Shown here in pieces: positions 1-7,252 of a stretch of 12,631 bases of DNA. Every line of letters begins with the position of its first letter. Positions within the stretch are counted from its first letter, which is position 1. The stretch is taken from NCBI GenBank assembly GCA_036149055.1, contig JAYZQJ010000196.1, forward strand, positions 1-12,631. The letters are read 5' to 3'. The translations under genes were made by a program, and so were the position numbers. Below the pieces are notes generated by a model that saw nothing but the letters and a program-made list of their open reading frames with translations, searched no databases and was not told the origin of the DNA. Source of the stretch: Myxococcota bacterium (GTDB taxonomy: Bacteria > Myxococcota_A > Polyangia > Polyangiales > Sandaracinaceae).

Positions 1-76
1 TGCCGCTGCCGGCCCCGCTGCCGCTGCCGGCCCCGCTGCCGCTGCCGGCCCCGCTGCCGCTGCCGGCCCCGCTGCC
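1..76. repeat. 18-bp tandem repeat (TGCCGCTGCCGGCCCCGC) x4 plus a partial copy; may extend upstream of the window
   Basis: Four identical copies at 1-18, 19-36, 37-54 and 55-72, then a partial TGCC at 73-76. Confidence 0.95.
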
Positions 77-104
77 AGCCGTACTGGAGTTCGATGAATG
101 AATA

Positions 105-241
105 GGATCGTCCCCGAACGACGGGGCGTGCGTTCGCACGATCCGCCGCGTGCGCGCAAAGCTCCCTCGTCGCCGAGAACATCGACAGGTAAGCTTGCGA
201 CTGTTGGGTGTTTCGTCGCGGTCGTCGATTTCGACGAGGGA
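105..241 (+). other. Non-coding region rich in inverted repeats (possible structured RNA or extruded DNA hairpins)
   Basis: GGATCGT 105-111 pairs with ACGATCC 138-144; CCCCG 112-116 with CGGGG 122-126; CGTGC 127-131 with GCACG 136-140. A perfect 10-bp inverted repeat (TCCCTCGTCG 163-172 / CGACGAGGGA 232-241) encloses an imperfect G-U-containing hairpin at 174-215. Confidence 0.4.
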
Positions 242-400
242 ACGTCGACGTTGGGCTTTATTCGTCGATTTCGACGCCGAGTCGATAGTGACTATCGAAA
301 ACTCGTCGAATTCGACGACAAGTCGATAGTCACTATCGAAAACTCGTCGAATTCGACGCCCAGTCGATAGTCACTATCGAAAACGCGTCGAATTCGACGC
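222..400. repeat. 41-bp-period tandem array of two alternating palindromes (A: CGTCGA[A/T]TTCGACG; B: TCGATAGT[C/G]ACTATCGA)
   Basis: A starts at 223, 263, 304, 345 and 386. B starts at 282, 323 and 364. Unit = 14 + 5 + 17 + 5 = 41 bp. A-to-B linkers are CCGAG, ACAAG, CCCAG; B-to-A linkers are AAACT, AAACT, AAACG. The region is visibly lower in GC than the flanking genes. Confidence 0.95.
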
Positions 401-475
401 TCGCGCCCTCGACCGGGGCCTCCTGCGCTCGTTCTCTCGTCTCGGAGCCCGTCCACGACGATCTTCCGTCGATCT

Positions 476-1153
476 TCAGTTCATGAGCTGCTGGGTGGTG
501 ACCTGGGGGAGCTCGCTGAAGCCGATGACGTAGGGGGCGGTGCCGCCCTGCGCGTAGTGGCCGACCCAGATGCTGTAGACGCCGGGAGGGAAGGGGCCGT
601 CGAGGATCGGGTTCAGCTCGCCGTTCGAGTCGTCGACGCAGCGGAAGCTGCCGTCGGGGCCGCGCACCACGAGGGTGGTGTCCTGGTGCGAGCTGACGAG
701 GATGCGCAGGCGGGAGAAGGGCGCGCCGAGCTGGAGGATGTGGCTCGGCGCCTGGCCGACGTGGCCGAGGCAGCCGGGGTTCATGCTCTGGGCGGGCACC
801 GGGCCGCCGGCGACGCCGCGGGCGACGCGCGGGTCGGGCATGAAGCCGGGGGTCAGCACGATCGGGGCGCCGCCGCCGGGCGGGACCTGGCCCGGCTGCA
901 TGCCGCCGGGGGGCATCGGGGGCGGGGGCGGGTCGGGGAGCGTCGCGTAGCCGGGCACGGCGAGCGCCGGGGAGAAGTCGCTGGGCGGCGGAGGGGCGCC
1001 AGGCATCGCCCCGGGCGGCATGCCGGGCGGCATCGCGGGTGCGTCGGGGACGGTCTGACCCGGCACCGCGAGGGGCGGATCGTCGGCCAGATCGGCCTCG
1101 TCGTCGCAGCCGGCGAGGGCGAGCAGGGAGAAGACGAGAGCCATGCGTCGCAT
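476..1153 (-). CDS. Lipoprotein with Pro/Gly/Met-rich linker and C-terminal PPC-like (pre-peptidase C-terminal-like) beta domain
   Basis: MRRMALVFSLLALAG|C signal peptide with LAGC lipobox; MPPG-rich linker; C-terminal domain with GFMPDP...DTTLVVRGPDG..C.DD...NP...GVYSIWVG pattern; genome-typical codon usage. The domain assignment is from recall of similar proteins. Confidence 0.8.
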   Translation of the reverse strand: MRRMALVFSLLALAGCDDEADLADDPPLAVPGQTVPDAPAMPPGMPPGAMPGAPPPPSDFSPALAVPGYATLPDPPPPPMPPGGMQPGQVPPGGGAPIVLTPGFMPDPRVARGVAGGPVPAQSMNPGCLGHVGQAPSHILQLGAPFSRLRILVSSHQDTTLVVRGPDGSFRCVDDSNGELNPILDGPFPPGVYSIWVGHYAQGGTAPYVIGFSELPQVTTQQLMN

Positions 1154-1196
1154 CGGCCGGATGATACACGAGCCCGGTCCCTGCTATACGGCGCCC
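1154..1196. promoter_or_regulatory. Divergent back-to-back -10-like elements, probably driving leaderless mRNAs
   Basis: + strand: TG-C-TATACG (1182-1190) lies 6 bp before ATG 1197. - strand: TATCAT (1166-1161) lies 7 bp before ATG 1153. No Shine-Dalgarno sequence on either side of this 43-bp gap. Confidence 0.55.
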
Positions 1197-3938
1197 ATGC
1201 GCAAGCTCATCGTCATCCTCGGCGTCCTCACCGCCTCCTGCTCCGGCGGCGCGGGCGACCACCCCGAGTACACGGCCGCGGAAGGGCGGGGCGCCGGCGG
1301 CGACGACCGCGCCGAGGCCCCCGCGGAGGAGGAGGCGCCGATCGGTCGGCTGCCCGAGGGCGTCACGCCGCTCCACTACACGCTCTACCTGGAGGTCGTC
1401 CCGAGCCGCGAGCGCTTCGGAGGCCGGGTCGACATCCGCACCCGCATCGACGAGGCGCGGCGCGTGATCTGGCTCCACGGGCGCGACCTGAACGTGACCG
1501 AGATCGAGGTGCTGCCCGAGGGCGCCGAGCCGATCTCCGGCACCTACGAGCAGGTGGACGACAGCGGCGTCGCCCGGCTCACGCTCGACGAGCGGGTCGG
1601 GCCGGGCGAGGTGACGATCAGCCTCACCTACGACGCGCCGTTCGACCGGCAGCTCAAGGGGCTCTACCGCGTCGACACCGGCGGCGAGGCCTACGCGTTC
1701 ACGCAGTTCGAGGCGACCAGCGCCCGGCTCGCGTTCCCGAGCTTCGACGAGCCGCGCTTCAAGACGCCGTTCGACGTGACGCTCAGCGTGCAGCCCGACC
1801 ACGAGGCGATCGCCAACACGACGCCCGCGAGCACCCGCGAGGTGGCGGGCATGAAGGAGGTCCGGTTCACCGAGACCGAGCCGCTCCCGACCTACCTCGT
1901 CGCGATGGCCGTCGGCCCGCTCGACGTCGTCGAGCACGACCCGATCCCCGCCAACGACGTTCGCGACCGGCCGCTGCCGTTCCGCGGGGTCGCCGCGCGC
2001 GGGCAGGGGCCGCGCCTCGCCTACGCGCTCGAGCGGACCGGCGCGCTGCTCGCCTACCTCGAGAGCTACTTCGGGACCCCGTACCCCTACGACAAGCTCG
2101 ACATCATCGCGGTGCCCGACTTCGCCTCGGGCGCGATGGAGAACGCGGGCGCGATCACCTTCCGCGAGACCCTGCTCCTGCTCGACGAGGACGAGGCGCC
2201 CGAGGATCAGCGCCGCGCCTTCGCCTACGTGATGGCCCACGAGCTCGCCCACCAGTGGTTCGGCAACCTCGTGACCATGCCCTGGTGGGACGACATCTGG
2301 CTCAACGAGGCCTTCGCCACCTGGATGGGCAACAAGACCGTGCGCCACGTGAACCCCGAGTACCACGCCGACGTCGGCATGGTCCGCTCGGTCCAGGGCG
2401 CGATGGGCGCCGACAGCCTGGTGAGCGCGCGTCAGATCCGGCAGCCGATCGAGAGCAACCACGACATCCGGAACGCGTTCGACTCGATCACCTACCGCAA
2501 GGGCGGCGGCGTGCTCGAGATGTTCGAGCGCTGGCTCGGTGAGGAGACCTTCCGGGAGGGCATCCGCGAGTACATGAGCCGGCACCGGTTCGGGACCGCG
2601 ACCGCCGACGACCTGCTCGACGCGCTCAGCCAGATGGCCGGCCGCGACGTCGGCACCCCCTTCCGCACCTTCCTGTTCCAGCCGGGCGTCCCGCTCCTCA
2701 CCGTCGAGCGACAGTGCTCGGACGAGGGCAACCGGCTCGCGATCCGGCAGAGCCGCTACCTCCCGGTCGGCTCCGCCGGGGAGCGCCAGGCGAGCTGGCA
2801 GATCCCGGTCTGCGTGCGGCACGGCGACCGGCGCGAGGCGAACGACACCTGCGAGCTGATCACCGACGCCGAGGCGACCCTCGACCTCGGCGACACCTGC
2901 CCCGAGTGGGTCATGCCGAACGCGGACGCCGCCGGCTACTACCGGTTCGCGATGCCGGCGGAGGACGTCGAGCGGCTGATGCAGACCGGCTGGCGGCACC
3001 TGACCGAGCGCGAGAAGGTCAGCCTCGCCAACAACCTCGCCGCCGGCTTCTCGGCCGACGCGATCGAGGCGGCGGCGGTCTTCGGCACCTTCGATCGCAT
3101 CGCGGCCGACGAGAGCCGGGCGGTGGCCACCGAGCCGATGGGGCTGATCGGCTACACCCGCGATCACCTGGCGACCGAGGCCAACCGCCCCGCGCTCGAG
3201 CGCTGGGCGAGCGGCCTCTACGCCGCCCGGGCCCGGCGCATGGGCTGGAGCGCCCGCCGGCGCGAGGACGGCGAGGCGTCGCTCCTCCGGGCGGACCTGC
3301 TGTCGTTCATGGCCGAGACCGCGCGCGACGCCCGCACCCGCCGGGAGGCCGCCGAGCGTGGCCGCCGGTACATCGGGTTCGGTGGCGACGGAGAGCTGCA
3401 CCCCGACGCGGCCGAGCCGAGCCTGGTGCCGCTGGCGCTCTCGATGGCGGTGCAGGAGGGCGACGCCGCCTTCTTCGACGCGCTGCTGTCGAAGGTGCTC
3501 GAGAGCGACGACGCCCTCTTCCGCCGCGACGGGATCCGCGCGCTCGGCTCGGCCCGGGAGCCGGCGCTCGCCCAGCGGGCCCGGGCGCTCTCGCTCGACG
3601 CGCGGCTGCGGGTGAACGAGGTGACCGATCCGCTGACGACGCAGCTCTCCATGGAGGAGACCCGGGCCGACGCCTGGGCCTTCATGCAGGAGCACTTCGA
3701 CGAGCTCTTCGCGCGGGTCGCGACCACCCGGGCCGGCTACGCCCCGTGGTACGTCGCCGGCTTCTGCTCGGAGGAGCGGGCGGGCGAGGTGGAGGCCTTC
3801 TTCGCCGAGCGCATCGAGACCCTGCCGGGCGGCCCCCGGAACCTCGCCGGCGCCCTCGAGGCCATCCGGCTGTGCGCGGCGCGGGCGGAGGCGCAGCGGG
3901 AGAGCGCCAACACGTTCCTCGGCGCGCGGCGGCGGTGA
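1197..3938 (+). CDS. pepN: M1-family zinc aminopeptidase (aminopeptidase N-like, ERAP1-like C-terminal domain), predicted lipoprotein, 913 aa
   Basis: GAMEN exopeptidase motif; HELAH-X18-E (NEAFA) zinc motif; TQFEA..AR..FP.FDEP..K; FDSITYRKG catalytic Tyr region. Start moved from 1143 to ATG 1197 because MRKLIVILGVLTAS|C is a lipoprotein signal and this start avoids overlap with the divergent gene. Confidence 0.93.
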   Translation: MRKLIVILGVLTASCSGGAGDHPEYTAAEGRGAGGDDRAEAPAEEEAPIGRLPEGVTPLHYTLYLEVVPSRERFGGRVDIRTRIDEARRVIWLHGRDLNVTEIEVLPEGAEPISGTYEQVDDSGVARLTLDERVGPGEVTISLTYDAPFDRQLKGLYRVDTGGEAYAFTQFEATSARLAFPSFDEPRFKTPFDVTLSVQPDHEAIANTTPASTREVAGMKEVRFTETEPLPTYLVAMAVGPLDVVEHDPIPANDVRDRPLPFRGVAARGQGPRLAYALERTGALLAYLESYFGTPYPYDKLDIIAVPDFASGAMENAGAITFRETLLLLDEDEAPEDQRRAFAYVMAHELAHQWFGNLVTMPWWDDIWLNEAFATWMGNKTVRHVNPEYHADVGMVRSVQGAMGADSLVSARQIRQPIESNHDIRNAFDSITYRKGGGVLEMFERWLGEETFREGIREYMSRHRFGTATADDLLDALSQMAGRDVGTPFRTFLFQPGVPLLTVERQCSDEGNRLAIRQSRYLPVGSAGERQASWQIPVCVRHGDRREANDTCELITDAEATLDLGDTCPEWVMPNADAAGYYRFAMPAEDVERLMQTGWRHLTEREKVSLANNLAAGFSADAIEAAAVFGTFDRIAADESRAVATEPMGLIGYTRDHLATEANRPALERWASGLYAARARRMGWSARRREDGEASLLRADLLSFMAETARDARTRREAAERGRRYIGFGGDGELHPDAAEPSLVPLALSMAVQEGDAAFFDALLSKVLESDDALFRRDGIRALGSAREPALAQRARALSLDARLRVNEVTDPLTTQLSMEETRADAWAFMQEHFDELFARVATTRAGYAPWYVAGFCSEERAGEVEAFFAERIETLPGGPRNLAGALEAIRLCAARAEAQRESANTFLGARRR

Positions 3939-3956
3939 GGACGGGGGAAGCCCCCC

Positions 3957-3985
3957 TTGATCGTGCGTCCGTGGGGGCATAGGTG
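3957..3985 (+). promoter_or_regulatory. Putative sigma70-type promoter for the YtxH-like gene
   Basis: TTGATC (3957-3962), 17-bp spacer, TAGGTG (3980-3985). The -10 match is imperfect. Confidence 0.35.
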
Positions 3986-4117
3986 TGTTCGTCGGGCTTC
4001 GTCGCGTTCCGCGCGCGAGGCCCAGCGCGTCTCCGGACGCGAGCAGAGACCGGCGGCGCGGTCGACCGCACGCCCAACGACCCATCCAACACGTACCAAG
4101 ACCGGGGGAATCTCCAC

Positions 4118-4507
4118 ATGTCGCTCACCAGCACGCTCCTCAAGGCCGGCGCCCTCTACGCGCTCGGCCGGATGACCACCAACATCAGCGGCGAGGACAT
4201 CTCGCGCCTGACGGGCATCAACGGGGACGACGTCCGCCGCTACGGGCTCGGCCGCGCCGACGCCCTCCTCGGCACGCTCGGCCTCACCCGCGCCGCCTCG
4301 GTGCCGTCTTCGACCGCCCTCGTGCTCAGCGGGTTCGCCGCCGGCGCGGTGGTCGGCGCGGGCGCGACCTTCCTGTTCTACTCGGAGCAGGGCAAGGACG
4401 TCCGCAAGAAGATCGCCGAGTACTTCGCGTCCACCGACGACAACGAGGCGTCGGCCGACGCCGACGCCAACGTCACCGGCAACGGCGGGGTCAAGGCCCG
4501 CGCCTGA
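4118..4507 (+). CDS. YtxH-like domain small membrane protein, 129 aa
   Basis: GGGGGA ribosome-binding site before ATG 4118. The segment GFAAGAVVGAGATFLFYSEQGKDVRKKI resembles the YtxH glycine-zipper helix followed by G..(T/V)R.KI. Followed by a terminator. Confidence 0.8.
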   Translation: MSLTSTLLKAGALYALGRMTTNISGEDISRLTGINGDDVRRYGLGRADALLGTLGLTRAASVPSSTALVLSGFAAGAVVGAGATFLFYSEQGKDVRKKIAEYFASTDDNEASADADANVTGNGGVKARA

Positions 4508-4525
4508 GCCCACCGCCAGGGGGAC

Positions 4526-4564
4526 GAGAGGGCCGGTGCCTCGGGGCGCCGGCCCTTTCTCTTT
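4526..4564 (+). terminator. Rho-independent terminator after the YtxH-like gene
   Basis: 15-bp stem GAGAGGGCCGGTGCC / GGCGCCGGCCCTTTC (two G-U pairs), TCGG loop, pyrimidine tail TTTCTCTTT. Confidence 0.8.
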
Positions 4565-4617
4565 GGCGCCGACGGCGGTGGCCACGGAGCCGGCGACGTG
4601 GCACAAACGCGGCCGCC

Positions 4618-6294
<1,677 letters not shown>

Positions 6295-6328
6295 GGCTTC
6301 ACGGTTCTTCACGCGCTCGGGGTGGCGG

Positions 6329-6401
6329 CGGTCTCCCCGTCGCCCCAGGTCTCCCCCATGGCCGCGCCCGACGCGGGGCGCATGTCCGGAGGGGGAGACC
6401 G
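6329..6401 (+). promoter_or_regulatory. Hairpin able to occlude the Shine-Dalgarno sequence of the 6404 gene, with two alternative anti-SD tracts
   Basis: CGGTCTCCCC 6329-6338 pairs perfectly with GGGGAGACCG 6392-6401. GGTCTCCCCC 6348-6357 pairs perfectly with GGGGGAGACC 6391-6400. Inner stem CGCCC 6365-6369 / GGGCG 6376-6380. Confidence 0.4.
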
Positions 6402-6403
6402 AA

Positions 6404-6967
6404 GTGAGCGCGAGCAGGCGAAGCTGGAGCACGGTGGCGGCGATCCTGGCGCTCGGCCTCCTGGTCGGCGCCGGTTGGCCCGGCTCCGCCCGCACGCAGA
6501 CGGCCTCGATCGAGGGCTTCGAGGGGGCGTGGCGCTACGTCGGCGGCGCGCGCGATCAGCGTCAGCAGGACGCGGCGATCGATCACGTGGTCGATCAGCT
6601 CGATCTCTTCACCCGCGAGATCGCCCGGGTCGCCATCCGTCGCAGCCTCGCGCCCGAGCCCGAGCTGCACGTCCGGCTCCGCGGCCCCCGGCGGCTGAGC
6701 CTCCAGCTCGGCGACTGGGTGAGCCACGAGGTGGAGCTCGACGCGCCGCCGCTCGTGATGCCCGGCCCCGACGGCAGCGCCACGCGCTTCTCGGCGCGCT
6801 TCGCGAGCGGCCGTCTGACGACCCGCGAGGAGAGCGCCCGCGGCAGCCGGATCAACCAGCTCGGCCTGAGCCCGGACGGCGCCCACCTCTTCATGCATGT
6901 CCGCGTCCGGGCGCCCCAGCTCCCGAGCGACATCCGCTACGCCCTCACCTACCGCCGCTCTCCGTGA
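6404..6967 (+). CDS. Secreted hypothetical protein, possible lipocalin/FABP-like beta-barrel, 187 aa
   Basis: GGAGGGGGAG upstream of GTG; basic-then-hydrophobic signal peptide; genome-typical codon usage; FEGAWRY near the mature N-terminus and alternating beta-strand patterns ending YALTYRR. Confidence 0.75.
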   Translation: MSASRRSWSTVAAILALGLLVGAGWPGSARTQTASIEGFEGAWRYVGGARDQRQQDAAIDHVVDQLDLFTREIARVAIRRSLAPEPELHVRLRGPRRLSLQLGDWVSHEVELDAPPLVMPGPDGSATRFSARFASGRLTTREESARGSRINQLGLSPDGAHLFMHVRVRAPQLPSDIRYALTYRRSP

Positions 6968-6990
6968 AGACTCTCGACGGCGACAATCAA

Positions 6991-7215
6991 TTTCTCGCAG
7001 AGTCGCAGAGGCGCAGAGGGTCCGGGGGCGCGGCGGGCTGCTCTTCCGTGTCGACGCTCGGACGTAATGGCTCTCGCAAAGGCGCGAAGCCGCAAAGGGG
7101 AAGGGGTAGGGCGCGCTGGCGGATGCCGGCAGCTCGGGAGGCGGTCGCCGACGGGACGCTGGCGGCGAGCCTCCACCCCGTCGCCCTCTGCGCCTCTGCG
7201 CCTCTGCGCGAGAAA
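6991..7215. repeat. REP/MITE-like element bounded by ~30-bp inverted repeats made of three CGCAGAG heptamers, with a third degenerate internal copy
   Basis: Left TTTCTCGCAGAGTCGCAGAGGCGCAGAGGG (6991-7020). Right 7184-7215, reverse complement TTTCTCGCGCAGAGGCGCAGAGGCGCAGAGGG. Internal direct copy GCTCTCGCAAAGGCGCGAAGCCGCAAAGGG (7070-7099), 22/30 identical to the left copy. Lies between convergent genes. Confidence 0.85.
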
Positions 7216-7252
7216 ACCGAAGCATCCGGGGCTAGCCCGTGGCGCGGAAGTC

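Noticed and set aside
91..241. Hammerhead ribozyme or retron msr-msd
   Set aside because: No CUGAnGA/GAAA core around the junction and no reverse transcriptase in the window. A retron cannot be excluded without upstream sequence but has no support here.
174..256. Integron attC site (GTTRRRY matches GTTGGGT at 203-209 and GTTGGGC at 250-256)
   Set aside because: No complementary RYYYAAC inverse core at a suitable position, no cassette organisation and no integrase.
98..370. 90-aa ORF across the palindromic array
   Set aside because: The 41-bp unit shifts frame each copy, codon usage is atypical for this genome, and there is no recognisable motif.
222..400. CRISPR array or TIGR-like guide array
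   Set aside because: No unique spacers: only 5-bp, nearly constant linkers vary. No cas or other effector gene in the window.
222..400. parS, dif or oriC
   Set aside because: The palindromes do not match the TGTTTCACGTGAAACA parS consensus or the XerC/XerD dif layout, no DnaA boxes were seen, and the neighbours are not origin-type genes.
3943..3956. GGGGG-AAG-CCCCC terminator after the aminopeptidase
   Set aside because: Only a 5-bp stem with a 3-nt loop and no U-tract; too weak to call.
333..4085. 1250-aa antisense ORF and other long alternative-frame ORFs (557-2542, 2714-3982, 4378-5475, 5304-6407, 6322-7530, 6987-8387, 7900-10611, 8085-10709, 10445-11794)
   Set aside because: Shadow ORFs expected at very high GC. 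They overlap genes with clear family motifs and translate to Arg/Gly/Pro-rich sequence with no motifs.
3985..4617. 211-aa N-terminal extension of EttA
   Set aside because: It overlaps the YtxH-like gene and its terminator. The conserved EttA N-terminus begins at ATG 4618.
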